From assembly GCA_028278345.1 (NCBI GenBank), contig JANQEL010000277.1, positions 11,889 to 75,888 on the forward strand: 64,000 bases of DNA, written 5' to 3'. The position numbers were made by a program, and so were the translations under genes. Origin of the DNA: Myxococcota bacterium (GTDB taxonomy: Bacteria; Myxococcota_A; UBA9160; UBA4427). Positions 44,151 to 52,502 of the stretch are shown piece after piece; positions within the stretch are counted from its first letter, which is position 1; every line of letters begins with the position of its first letter. The notes beneath the pieces are model-generated. The model had not been told where the DNA came from. It made no database searches and was given only the letters and a program-made list of their open reading frames with translations.

Positions 44151-44708
44151 ATGACCCTATTGCACTGCTCTTACTCGATCGTCTCCGTCGTCGACCAGAT
44201 CCACCGGCGGCTGGGCTACTCCGGCGGAAAGCTCGAGCTTGCTCAGATGTTCGACGAGTTCCCGGGCTTTTCGCTCGCGCCGGTTTCGAAGAACGCGCTC
44301 CCAAGACACGCTCTCGCGGCGATGGTCCGACGAGGTGGCATTGCAACGATTGCTTTCGATCCAGAGCAAGATCGTCGACGCCTACGGTTTTCTATCGCTC
44401 ACGAAATCGGCCACGCGCTCCTGCACGCGGGGCACCTCCGAGAGTTTCGGATTCCACAGCGCTCTCGGAATCCAGAATCGGTGCGCGAGCGACAGGCGAA
44501 CTACTTCGCGGGAGAACTCCTTGCGCCGCCGTGGGCCGTAGAACTGGCACTCGACTCGATGATCGGCACGCTGGAATTCCCCGCCTGCCCGTCGTTCCCA
44601 CTCCTGCGTCAGCTCGCCGATCACTTTGATGTTTCTGTTGCGGCGATCCGGTACCAGTACGCCGGCTTCGCATCACTCCGGCAAGGACCCGCCGGGCTGC
44701 GACCATAG
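44151..44708 (+). CDS. ImmA/IrrE-family (COG2856) zinc metallopeptidase
   Basis: HEXXH motif in FSIAHEIGHALLH, with a downstream E..ANYFAGELL. Confidence 0.8.
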   Translation: MTLLHCSYSIVSVVDQIHRRLGYSGGKLELAQMFDEFPGFSLAPVSKNALPRHALAAMVRRGGIATIAFDPEQDRRRLRFSIAHEIGHALLHAGHLREFRIPQRSRNPESVRERQANYFAGELLAPPWAVELALDSMIGTLEFPACPSFPLLRQLADHFDVSVAAIRYQYAGFASLRQGPAGLRP

Positions 44709-44736
44709 ACGCACGCACGGACGCCTTCCCACTTTT

Positions 44737-44793
44737 TTATCAACTTGGGGTTGTATTCGAGGTTCGGCTCGAATATAAACTCTGTGTTGATAA
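44737..44793. promoter_or_regulatory. nested perfect inverted repeats in an AT-rich intergenic region
   Basis: Outer pair TTATCAAC (44737-44744) / GTTGATAA (44786-44793). Inner pair TATTCGAG (44754-44761) / CTCGAATA (44768-44775). Confidence 0.5.
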
Positions 44794-44808
44794 ACGGGAG
44801 GGCGCCCA

Positions 44809-45186
44809 TTGGCCGTCGACAGCACCCCGAACACCCCGCTCGAACCCCCGGCCCCCTCCCCCGTCCGCCGCTGCGATCTCTGCAGCCAATCCCCTGACAC
44901 CCTCCGCCAGGTCGTCGTTCGCTATCCCGGCGCGGAGCGCTTCTGCGATCCGGTCTGCTTCGAGGGGTGGACGCGTCGCGCGGTAACCGACATCGCCACC
45001 GCCGGCGCCGTGTGCGCCGCGGCTACGTCCGTCGCCTCGAACGTCTTCCTCACCGGCCAACAGTTTCGCGACCCCGAGCGCACCGCGACGCTGCTTCGCA
45101 TCGCCGACCAGACGCTCGATCGCCTGCACCGGGAGTTCGATCGGTCGGTCGATCGCCAAGAGCGCGACGTGGAGGCTCCGGAATGA
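44809..45186 (+). CDS. hypothetical protein with a C-x2-C-x20-C-x3-C zinc-finger-like motif
   Basis: TTG start preceded by GGGAGGG. Motif CDLC...FCDPVC resembles that of the 50..241 product. Confidence 0.45.
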   Translation: MAVDSTPNTPLEPPAPSPVRRCDLCSQSPDTLRQVVVRYPGAERFCDPVCFEGWTRRAVTDIATAGAVCAAATSVASNVFLTGQQFRDPERTATLLRIADQTLDRLHREFDRSVDRQERDVEAPE

Positions 45187-45506
45187 CCTTCCAGCCTCGC
45201 TACCCGCGCGTCGAGCGACCGAACCAGCCGCCCTTCCATCTCGAGCGCAAACCGTCGCGGCCTGACTGGCTCGACTGCTTCGGCTCGTGGGCGGCGCTGA
45301 TCTTCGTCGCTGTGCTTCTGATCTTCGCGCTGCCCGTGTGGATTGACCGCGCCTACACGGTCGAGGCCACGCATCGCTACATCGGCTCCGCCGAATCCGT
45401 TTTCCCGATCGGGGGTGAGCAGGTTCGGGAGTTGGCGCACGCCGCGCCGTGCCCGCCCTCGGGCCTGGATCGCACCGAGGGCGGGCAGTTCGTCGTTCGC
45501 AAGTAG
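45183..45506 (+). CDS. hypothetical membrane protein
   Basis: ATGA overlap with the upstream stop. TM segment [18 protein letters not shown]. Confidence 0.45.
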   Translation: MTFQPRYPRVERPNQPPFHLERKPSRPDWLDCFGSWAALIFVAVLLIFALPVWIDRAYTVEATHRYIGSAESVFPIGGEQVRELAHAAPCPPSGLDRTEGGQFVVRK

Positions 45507-45514
45507 GGAGAGGT

Positions 45515-45922
45515 ATGTCAGGCATTAACAAGGCAATTCTGATCGGGAACTTGGGGCGCGACCCCGAGCTCCGATACACAGGCACCGGTACGGCGGTCTG
45601 CAACTTCTCGATTGCGACATCGGAGTCGTACACAGACCGCAGTGGCGACCGCGTCGAGCGCACCGAGTGGCACCGCATCGTCACGTGGGACAAGACGGCC
45701 GAGCACTGCGCGCAGTACTTGAAGAAGGGCCGGAAGGTCTACGTCGAAGGCCGGATCACCCTGAACGAGTGGGAGGACAAGGAAGGCGCGAAGCGTCACA
45801 CGACCGAGATCGTCGCCCAAACGGTCCAGTTCTTGAGCCCGCAGAGTGATGGCGGCGGCCAGGGTGGCGGGTACTCGTCGAACGAACCGCCGCCGGCCGG
45901 TGATGGGGACATTCCGTTTTGA
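45515..45922 (+). CDS. ssb: single-stranded DNA-binding protein
   Basis: [31 protein letters not shown]...W..IV.W...AE....YL.KG..V.VEGR. Gly-rich linker and a C-terminal DIPF tip. RBS GGGAGAGG. Confidence 0.95.
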   Translation: MSGINKAILIGNLGRDPELRYTGTGTAVCNFSIATSESYTDRSGDRVERTEWHRIVTWDKTAEHCAQYLKKGRKVYVEGRITLNEWEDKEGAKRHTTEIVAQTVQFLSPQSDGGGQGGGYSSNEPPPAGDGDIPF

Positions 45923-46929
45923 GCGCGGCGGAGGATCCGACGACGATCGGCCCCGGAGAAGATGGCCAGTTCGCCCCCGAGGAGCCTCACGAGCTCTACA
46001 AGGACGACCCGCTCGGCATCTGGAAGAAGGTCTGCACCACACCACTCGAGAAAACCAAGGAAGTGAAGTTCGGGTCGAAGCGGTTCACCTCGATCAACGC
46101 CTACTGGCAGATCGAGACCGCGACCGGGCTGTTTGGTCCGATGGGTACGACCTGGGGTCTGCGCGACGTCGTGTGGGAGCAGATTCCGCCCGATGAGAAG
46201 GACCGTCCATCGATCGCCGTCTCCGGCGAGTTCTACTACCCCGGCGGGTCGATCCCGGTCGCGGCCGACGACATCTGGAAAGCCGGCGACGATGTTCGAA
46301 AGAAGCTGATCACGCAGCTCATCACCAAGGGCCTCTCGTACCTCGGCTTCGGTGCCGACGTCTTCCAAGGCGCGACCGACGGGAAGCACTACGTCGCCCC
46401 CGGTACTCCTGCGGGTTCACCCCCCGCAGATCCCCCCTCGTCGGCGGAGCCCCAGGGCAAGAACTCCCCGCCGGCGGGGGGTGGTCCTGCAGCCGGTCGG
46501 GACCAGGTGCTCCTGCGGCTGACGACCGATCTCTTCAACCGCGCGATCGGGCGGTGCAAGACACTCAACCTCGAAAACGTAGAGGCGGTCGCTCGGGATC
46601 TCTGCTCGACGACGCTCGAGAAGCTCGAGGTCGCAAAGACGCCCGAAGCGATCGAGGCGAACTGGGACGCGATCGTGAAGGCGATCGACACCTGGAACGG
46701 GCCGATGCAGAAGGAAGAGGCCTCGACCACGACGCTCGGTAGTGACGAGAACGCGATGCGCGCGCTGCACGCGTGGGCATCGAACGACGTCGGCGCCGGC
46801 GACAAGGCGCACGAGCTCTTGCACGACGCGCTGCCCGACGGGATCACGAGCCTCGCGGACCTGCCGCTCAACCGCATCGGCGAGACGAAGGCGAAGGCGC
46901 GCGCGCTGTTCGCGGGGGAGCAGAACTGA
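45919..46929 (+). CDS. putative single-strand annealing recombinase (Rad52/Sak-like)
   Basis: Position directly after ssb. Motif [22 protein letters not shown] resembles the Rad52/Sak signature. TTG start. Confidence 0.45.
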   Translation: MSAAEDPTTIGPGEDGQFAPEEPHELYKDDPLGIWKKVCTTPLEKTKEVKFGSKRFTSINAYWQIETATGLFGPMGTTWGLRDVVWEQIPPDEKDRPSIAVSGEFYYPGGSIPVAADDIWKAGDDVRKKLITQLITKGLSYLGFGADVFQGATDGKHYVAPGTPAGSPPADPPSSAEPQGKNSPPAGGGPAAGRDQVLLRLTTDLFNRAIGRCKTLNLENVEAVARDLCSTTLEKLEVAKTPEAIEANWDAIVKAIDTWNGPMQKEEASTTTLGSDENAMRALHAWASNDVGAGDKAHELLHDALPDGITSLADLPLNRIGETKAKARALFAGEQN

Positions 46930-47186
46930 TGGAGATGGACAGAGCATCGATCTCGCTGCACATCGAGGTTGACGCGCGCGCGACGTTTCGAACCAGCGCT
47001 TCCGACGAGAGTCGGTGGTCGAGCATCGAACTCGACGAACACAACAGCGTGAGCCTGCTCTCCCACCACCGCCTCGAGTGGCTTCGCAGTCTCCGCGTTG
47101 CCGTCGACCAAGCGATCGCGCACGAGGAAGCGCGCGAAAACGCCGGCGCCGCGGAACCAGCAGAGGGGGCGGTATGCGAGCGGTGA
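46929..47186 (+). CDS. hypothetical protein
   Basis: ATG overlapping the upstream TGA. 85 aa. Confidence 0.4.
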   Translation: MEMDRASISLHIEVDARATFRTSASDESRWSSIELDEHNSVSLLSHHRLEWLRSLRVAVDQAIAHEEARENAGAAEPAEGAVCER

Positions 47187-47425
47187 GTGCGCGAAGTCGA
47201 TGGCGCGAGCGCGATCTTCGAGACGCCCAGGTCTCGGCCGAGATCAGGCGGCGTAAGAACGAAGAGATCGGGCGGAAGCTGTTCTGGAAGAACCGCGCGA
47301 ACTGGGTGCGGATCCACCGAAGGGTGCACCGCAACGGCAAGGAAGGTGCCGTCTGTCACCTCTGCCACGTCGGCCCTGAGAAGGCCCGCGAACTGATCGA
47401 CGAGTTCTACCGGGTGAAACGGTGA
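47174..47425 (+). CDS. hypothetical basic protein
   Basis: ATG at 47174 preceded by AGAGGGGG. 83 aa. Confidence 0.4.
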   Translation: MRAVSARSRWRERDLRDAQVSAEIRRRKNEEIGRKLFWKNRANWVRIHRRVHRNGKEGAVCHLCHVGPEKARELIDEFYRVKR

Positions 47426-47595
47426 AGGCCGGCGCAAAGCCGTACGTGCTCGGCGGCCGGTGCCGCAAGGGGCACCTGTTGACCGAGAAGGTTCTCGGGT
47501 TCATCCGCGGTCGAAAGCGGACGCGGCGCTACTGCAGAAGGTGCGCGTCGGTTCGCGATCGCCGGTATCGGAAGCAGTCTGGGGAGAGAAACTGA
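47422..47595 (+). CDS. small zinc-finger protein (57 aa; below the ORF-track size cutoff)
   Basis: The GTG forms a GTGA overlap with the upstream stop, and its TGA overlaps the next ATG. Own translation gives VKAGAKPYVLGGRCRKGH...RRYCRRCASVRDRRYRK. Confidence 0.4.
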   Translation: MKAGAKPYVLGGRCRKGHLLTEKVLGFIRGRKRTRRYCRRCASVRDRRYRKQSGERN

Positions 47596-48266
47596 TGAAA
47601 TACGTAGACGTCTATACGCAGGAAGACATGGAGCGCGTACTCCGCGACGGCGATCGGCCGGAGCTACGTGGAAGCGGGGAGTTTGTCGTTCGGGACTCGG
47701 CCACCGTCCACGCCTGGGACTCGGCCACCGTCCACGCCTGGGACTCGGCCACCGTCCACGCCGGGGGCTCGGCCACCGTCCACGCCGGGGGCTCGGCCAC
47801 CGTCCACGCCGGGAAATTCGTCGCAACGCAAAAGATGAGCCGGCTCGCGAATGTCACGGGCGGTCACATCATCGAGATCGAGCCCGCGACATCGCCTGGC
47901 GATTGGGCCGAGATCCATCTTGCAGCACCGCACGAAGATGGCGTGCTGGTGCTCTACAAGGCGGTAAGTGACGACTACCGCAGTGGCTACGACTTCGAAT
48001 ACAAGCCCGGGTCGATGCCGGTCGCGCCCGATTGGGATGGCGGCGATGCCGAGTGCGGTGGTGGTCTGCACTTCTGTGCGAGCCCGATGGAGGCGATGGC
48101 GTACCACTCGGAGGCGACGCGTTTCATGGCCTGCCCGGTCGCGCTTGACGACTTGGCTGTGGTCCCGAACCCGGCATACCCGAACAAGATCAAGGCCCGT
48201 GGGTGTTGCGCGCCCATCTGGGAGGTGGACATCAATGGAAAGCGGGTCGGAGAGGGGGCGAGCTGA
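47595..48266 (+). CDS. hypothetical protein with five octapeptide repeats and a conserved-looking C-terminal domain
   Basis: ATG preceded by GGGGAGAG. Repeats are (D/G)SATVHA(W/G) x5. C-terminal LYKAV..DYRSGYDF.Y.PG...APDWD....CGGGLHF. Confidence 0.6.
   Translation: MKYVDVYTQEDMERVLRDGDRPELRGSGEFVVRDSATVHAWDSATVHAWDSATVHAGGSATVHAGGSATVHAGKFVATQKMSRLANVTGGHIIEIEPATSPGDWAEIHLAAPHEDGVLVLYKAVSDDYRSGYDFEYKPGSMPVAPDWDGGDAECGGGLHFCASPMEAMAYHSEATRFMACPVALDDLAVVPNPAYPNKIKARGCCAPIWEVDINGKRVGEGAS
47694..47813 (+). repeat. 5 x 24-nt in-frame tandem repeat
   Basis: gactcggccaccgtccacgcctgg x3, then gggggctcggccaccgtccacgcc-type units. Near-perfect copies. Confidence 0.9.
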
Positions 48267-49981
48267 TGACGACGAAGCCGGAATTCCGACCCGACCAGCC
48301 ACTCGACGAACTCGTCGAGTCCCCCCTCAACCCGCGGAAGGTCTTCGTTCAGGAGCACGTCGACGAGCTCGCCGAAGATCTCGAGAAGCACGGGATGCTG
48401 CAGCCGATCGTCGCGCGGCCGATGAACGGCCACCTCGAGGTCGTCGTCGGCGCCAAGCGTCGACGCGCGGCCCTGCAGAAGAACTGGACGACGGTGCCCG
48501 TGATCGTCCGCGAGATGAACGACCAGGAAGTACTCGAGGCGCAGATCGTCGAGAACGCGAAGCGCTCCGACATCCACCCGCTCGAGCAAGCCGACTCCTA
48601 CCAGATGCTGATGACGAAGTTCGGTCTCACAGCCGAACAGATCGCAGAGAAGGTCGGCAAGAGCGAGTCCTGGGTCTATCAGCAGCTGCAGCTCTGCAAG
48701 CTGAGCAAGAGCGCGCGCGAGGCCCTCGAGGCGGGGAAGATCTCGGCGTCGATCGCCGTCGAGATCGCGCGGATCCCGGTCCCGAAGCTGCAGGACCAGG
48801 CCGCGAAGCATATCGCCGGCGGCGGCGGCCGGCGCCACGGGTTCACGAACGAAGCGGGGAAATGGGAGACTGCGCCGATGTCGTTCCGAGAGGCGGCGGC
48901 CTACATCCGGACGACGTTCCACCTTCGCCTCGCCGACGCACCGTGGAAGATCGACGACGCCGAGCTGCTCCCGAAGGTCGGCGCGTGTTCCGAGTGCCCG
49001 AAGCGATCGGGGAACCAGCCAGCGCTGTTCGCCGACATCGCGAGTGCAGACGTCTGCACCGATCCACCGTGCTTCGCCTTAAAGAAGAAGGCCGCCGGGA
49101 AGCAACGCCTGGCCGAAGCGAAGAAGTCGGGCCAGCGGGTTCTCTCGAGGAAGGAGGCGAGCGAGGTCGTCGAGGAGACGAGACGCGGCAGTCGGTGGAT
49201 CCGTCACAACTCGGGTTTTATCGACCCCGACAGCCAGTGCTACGACGACCCCAAGTACCGAGACCACCGCAAGGCGTTGGGCAAGGACGCGCCGACGCCG
49301 GTGCTGGCGCCGTTGAAGGACGGCTCCGTCATGGAGCTCTACGACGCCAAGGAAGTGAAGAAGGCGCTCAAGGCGAAGGGGATCAAGGGAACCTCGACGT
49401 CGACGCCGGCGCGCCGCGAGAAGCGCAAGCCCACGCCACTCGAACGCAAGCGTGACTTCTACGACGCGCTGCGCGAGCGCGTGCGGCCGCTGGTGCGCGA
49501 GGCGGTCGATCGTCAGCGGATGCTCGCGATGCCCGCGAAGACGGTGCCGTTCTGGCGAATGCTGGTCGGCGCCCTCTCGGAGAACTTCGAGGCCTGCGAG
49601 ACGGTCGTCCGCGAACGAGGCCTCAAACCGAAGGCGTCGAAGACGTCGAAGTACGTCGACCCGACAGCGCTGGTGAAGGACGAAGCCAACCGCCTGAAGG
49701 GCAACGAGCTGCTCGGCCTGGTGGTCGATCTCGCGACGGATCGAGATCTCGACTACCGGCCACGCCGCGAACAGCCCGACCTCGGTGTGCTCGGCACCGC
49801 GTGCGAACTCTTCGGCGTCGACGTCAAGGGTCCGAAAGCTGAGCTCGCGAAGGCCTGCAAGGCGATCGCCACGCAAGAGCGGAAGGCCTCGAGGAAGAAG
49901 GCGGCGGCGAAGAAGAAGGGGGCTCGAAAGAAGGGCGCGAAGAAGACCGCCCGGAAGAAGAAGGGGGCGCGGAAGAAGTGA
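48266..49981 (+). CDS. ParB/Sulfiredoxin-domain protein with a Cys cluster and a Lys-rich C-terminal tail
   Basis: ParB N-terminal motifs (LNPRKVF, GMLQPIVARP, VVGAKRRRAA, ENAKRSDIHPLE) and an HTH (AEQIAEKVGKSESWVYQQL). Central CSECPKR...C...PPC. The tail is KKAAAKKKGARKKGAKKTARKKKGARKK. Confidence 0.85.
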   Translation: MTTKPEFRPDQPLDELVESPLNPRKVFVQEHVDELAEDLEKHGMLQPIVARPMNGHLEVVVGAKRRRAALQKNWTTVPVIVREMNDQEVLEAQIVENAKRSDIHPLEQADSYQMLMTKFGLTAEQIAEKVGKSESWVYQQLQLCKLSKSAREALEAGKISASIAVEIARIPVPKLQDQAAKHIAGGGGRRHGFTNEAGKWETAPMSFREAAAYIRTTFHLRLADAPWKIDDAELLPKVGACSECPKRSGNQPALFADIASADVCTDPPCFALKKKAAGKQRLAEAKKSGQRVLSRKEASEVVEETRRGSRWIRHNSGFIDPDSQCYDDPKYRDHRKALGKDAPTPVLAPLKDGSVMELYDAKEVKKALKAKGIKGTSTSTPARREKRKPTPLERKRDFYDALRERVRPLVREAVDRQRMLAMPAKTVPFWRMLVGALSENFEACETVVRERGLKPKASKTSKYVDPTALVKDEANRLKGNELLGLVVDLATDRDLDYRPRREQPDLGVLGTACELFGVDVKGPKAELAKACKAIATQERKASRKKAAAKKKGARKKGAKKTARKKKGARKK

Positions 49982-50265
49982 CCGAGTACCTGCGAGTCGG
50001 CAGAACAGCGACGGTCATCCGCAAGGCAACCGCGAAGCGATGGGAAGAGGAGGCAAAGGCCTTCTCGCCAGCAAGCCGGTACGCGCGCAAGCGCAAGCGG
50101 CCGCGCCTGAACTCACGCCGCAAGCGACGAGCTCGCGCGCACGGTGAGCTGCTCATCGACCAGACGCCGGAGATCAGGCGCACGTTCGTCAACAAGAAAC
50201 GAGTCGCGCGTACTGCGCGCAAGCTGCGGCGGATGGGCGAAAAGCTGAAAGGAATGTTCCGGTGA
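49978..50265 (+). CDS. highly basic small protein
   Basis: ORF track. Start/stop coupled on both sides. Arg/Lys-rich. Confidence 0.45.
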   Translation: MTEYLRVGRTATVIRKATAKRWEEEAKAFSPASRYARKRKRPRLNSRRKRRARAHGELLIDQTPEIRRTFVNKKRVARTARKLRRMGEKLKGMFR

Positions 50266-50561
50266 CCCGCCCCTCCCCCATCAGCATCGCGCTCGCCGTG
50301 GTCTTCGTCCTGCTGATCGCCGCGAAGGCGTTCGGGATCGGGCCCGCCGCGGCCTGGCCGTGGCTCTGGATCCTGGCGCCGCTGTGGGGGCCGGCTGCGA
50401 TCGCGATCGCAGTGGTCTTGCTGCCGGTCGCGATCGTCGTCGTGATCGGCATCGTTGGGGTCGTGATTCTCCTCGTCGTGTTCGCACTGATCCCCGTTCT
50501 GAACTGGTACGAGGACCGGCGCTGGAGCAGGACGTTGAAGAAGTGGAGGTCTGAGCGGTGA
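50262..50561 (+). CDS. small integral membrane protein
   Basis: About three hydrophobic helices across 99 aa. Confidence 0.5.
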   Translation: MTRPSPISIALAVVFVLLIAAKAFGIGPAAAWPWLWILAPLWGPAAIAIAVVLLPVAIVVVIGIVGVVILLVVFALIPVLNWYEDRRWSRTLKKWRSER

Positions 50562-50597
50562 CCTCGACCGAGTGGACCGGGCCGGGGAGGTGCGTGG

Positions 50598-50942
50598 GTG
50601 AGTGAGAATGACCTGATCGTGTGGGGAGACGAAGACGGCGACCGCTGGTTTGCCGACGGCGCGCACCTTTCGCTCGAAGAGATGGCTCGCGAGGTCGAGC
50701 GGTTTGAAGTTGAAGTGACGAGCGAGGAGGACTTCGCGGAGAGGCGGGCCGAGGTGGAGACAGGTCGCGTCACCCACCTCCTGGTCGTCGAGGACTATCG
50801 GGACGAGGAGCGTTTCGTGGTTTTCCGCAACGATTGGCGCGGGCGATGCGCGCAGCTCTTCCTTGACGCAAGACCGTTGACCGAGCTGCTCGCAGGGAGC
50901 GGGATCGACGAGGACCCGAACCAGGCGGAGCTCTTCCAGTGA
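50598..50942 (+). CDS. strongly acidic small protein
   Basis: 114 aa, very rich in Asp/Glu. Its stop overlaps the integrase start. Confidence 0.5.
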   Translation: MSENDLIVWGDEDGDRWFADGAHLSLEEMAREVERFEVEVTSEEDFAERRAEVETGRVTHLLVVEDYRDEERFVVFRNDWRGRCAQLFLDARPLTELLAGSGIDEDPNQAELFQ

Positions 50943-52144
50943 CCGCCCCCGCGAACAGCGCCGACTGGCGACCCTCCCCGTCCTTTGGGATTCTCCGCGA
51001 AATGGCGCGGACCTTCGGCTCGGTGGTCTCTCGCACTCACAAGGGCGTGACCCGGTGGGGCCTGCGCTTTCGCGTCGACGGCGACGAATACCACTCCTGG
51101 TCGGTCCCGGTCGGCGAACGTCGCATCCGCTACTCGACTCGCGACCTGGCCGAGGGAGTACTCGACGAGATCCGGAGCTCCATCCGCCACGGGATCGACC
51201 CCCTGGCCGCGATCTCGCCCTACCTGAACAACTCCCCGCTCTTCCGATTCGAGCGGTTCTGGGACGAGTGGACGACCCGGCAACGCGCACGAACCGACGC
51301 CGGGCAACTCCACCCGACGCGCGTTACCTGGAACGAGTCCTTCACGCGCCTCGGCTACCTGGACCCGATCCTCGACGTGTCGGTCTGGGATCTCGGCTAC
51401 GGCTACATGGAGACGCTGCAGACCCACCTGCTCGACACCTGCGAGCTCAGTCCGAAGAGCACCCGCCACGTGCTGTCGGACGTCCGCACCTGCCTGCGGT
51501 GGCTCGCGCGCCGGAAGGGCTTCCCCGCCGCGCCCGATATCCCGCCGACGGTAGTCCCCCGGCACATCCCGAAGATCCCGACGGTTGCCGAGCAGCGCGC
51601 TCTGCTCGACGCGATTCCGTGGGGCGACCGCGGCTACTTCCTGGCCCGCGGCCTCCTTGGCGTGCGTGACGAGGAGGCCGCACGCGCGAACCTCGAGGAC
51701 TACCGCTGGGGCGACAATGCGGCCGGCGACTCGTGGTTCATCCGTGCCAAGGGCGGCCAGAACCGCCTACTCCCGGTCCCGGGCGAACTCGCGCACTGGG
51801 TCCGCGACCACCATCGACCAGGCCCTTGCGAAGCGGGGACGCCGCTCTTCGCGAACCCGAACGCCGACCTCGAGAAGAACCCCGAAGGCCGGTGGACGCC
51901 GTCTTCACGCCGGCGGGTGATGCTGGCTGCGATGCGCGCCATCGGGAAACCGAAGGCCTGGCGGCCGAACGAAGCGCTGCGCCACTGCTTCGGCACACGC
52001 ACCGCCGAGCGACTGCTCACTGAGGGCTATGGGGAACACGATGCGATCCGCATGGTCATGTCGATCATGGGCCACACGTCGGACGTGACGTCGCGGCGAT
52101 ACGTACAACTCGCCGTCGAAGTGCTGAGGAGCGCGATCACGTGA
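50939..52144 (+). CDS. int: tyrosine site-specific integrase
   Basis: C-terminal catalytic signature ...LRHCFGT...MGHTSDVTSRRYVQL. Adjacent to the tRNA 3-prime end. Confidence 0.9.
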   Translation: MTAPANSADWRPSPSFGILREMARTFGSVVSRTHKGVTRWGLRFRVDGDEYHSWSVPVGERRIRYSTRDLAEGVLDEIRSSIRHGIDPLAAISPYLNNSPLFRFERFWDEWTTRQRARTDAGQLHPTRVTWNESFTRLGYLDPILDVSVWDLGYGYMETLQTHLLDTCELSPKSTRHVLSDVRTCLRWLARRKGFPAAPDIPPTVVPRHIPKIPTVAEQRALLDAIPWGDRGYFLARGLLGVRDEEAARANLEDYRWGDNAAGDSWFIRAKGGQNRLLPVPGELAHWVRDHHRPGPCEAGTPLFANPNADLEKNPEGRWTPSSRRRVMLAAMRAIGKPKAWRPNEALRHCFGTRTAERLLTEGYGEHDAIRMVMSIMGHTSDVTSRRYVQLAVEVLRSAIT

Positions 52145-52165
52145 CACCGTCGTGCGTCACCACTC

Positions 52166-52193
52166 GGGGAACATGGGGGAACCGAGGGGGAAC
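52166..52193 (+). promoter_or_regulatory. three helically phased GGGGAAC direct repeats, candidate integrase arm-type or Xis sites
   Basis: GGGGAAC at 52166, 52176 and 52187 (10-11 bp spacing), between the int stop and the tRNA. Confidence 0.4.
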
Positions 52194-52237
52194 ACGGCGA
52201 AAACAGGGGTGGTAAGTGCCTGTCTTCAGAGAATGTT

Positions 52238-52311
52238 TGGAGGCGGCGACCGGATTCGAACCGGTGATCAGGGCTTTGCAGGCCCGTGCCTTACCACTTG
52301 GCTACGCCGCC
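52238..52311 (-). tRNA. tRNA-Cys (GCA)
   Basis: The reverse complement folds as a 74-nt cloverleaf: acceptor GGCGGCG/CGCCGCC, anticodon loop CUGCAAA, T-arm GGTTCGAATCC, discriminator U73 and encoded CCA. Confidence 0.9.
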
Positions 52312-52502
52312 CGAATCGGCCCGGGATCGGTGCGAATCGCGTCTCGAGGGACGCCATCCGCGCGGGCCCGGCCAACGGGGTTGGAGGAGTTACCGCGGCA
52401 GAGCCCGGGCGTCAATTTCCGCTTTGGACCCGGGGAATTGCCGGCAAGCCGCGATGTCTTCAGGCTGCTAGAGATTCGGCCGAGCCAGCGCGGGAGCCAC
52501 GC

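Larger units (their letters stand above)
1..52237. mobile_element. Integrated lambda-like siphovirus prophage; right end at tRNA-Cys, left end not located and probably beyond the window start
   Basis: Complete head, tail, lysis, replication, immunity and integrase modules. The integrase stop (52144) lies 94 nt from the 3-prime end of a tRNA gene. Host metabolic genes appear only to the right of the tRNA. Confidence 0.8.

Noticed and set aside
47694-47813. Possible CRISPR-like array
   Set aside because: The repeats are contiguous with no spacers, in frame inside a CDS, and there are no cas genes.
47407-47826. Minus-strand ORF encoding RGRWPSP repeats
   Set aside because: It is the antisense translation of the 24-nt tandem repeat. 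The plus-strand frame is coupled to its neighbours and has an RBS.
52152-52502. N-terminal extension of the crcB ORF (track start 52152), and ORF 52216..52506
   Set aside because: Both run across the tRNA-Cys gene and its flank. CrcB family proteins are about 125 aa, and the internal ATG at 52503 gives a full-length CrcB.
52312-52502. Fluoride riboswitch (crcB motif) upstream of crcB
   Set aside because: Only a vague GCGAUG...CUGCUAG resemblance near 52450-52480. The conserved AAC and CUGAUGA/CCUAC elements and pseudoknot pairing are not evident by eye. An Rfam RF01734 scan would settle it.
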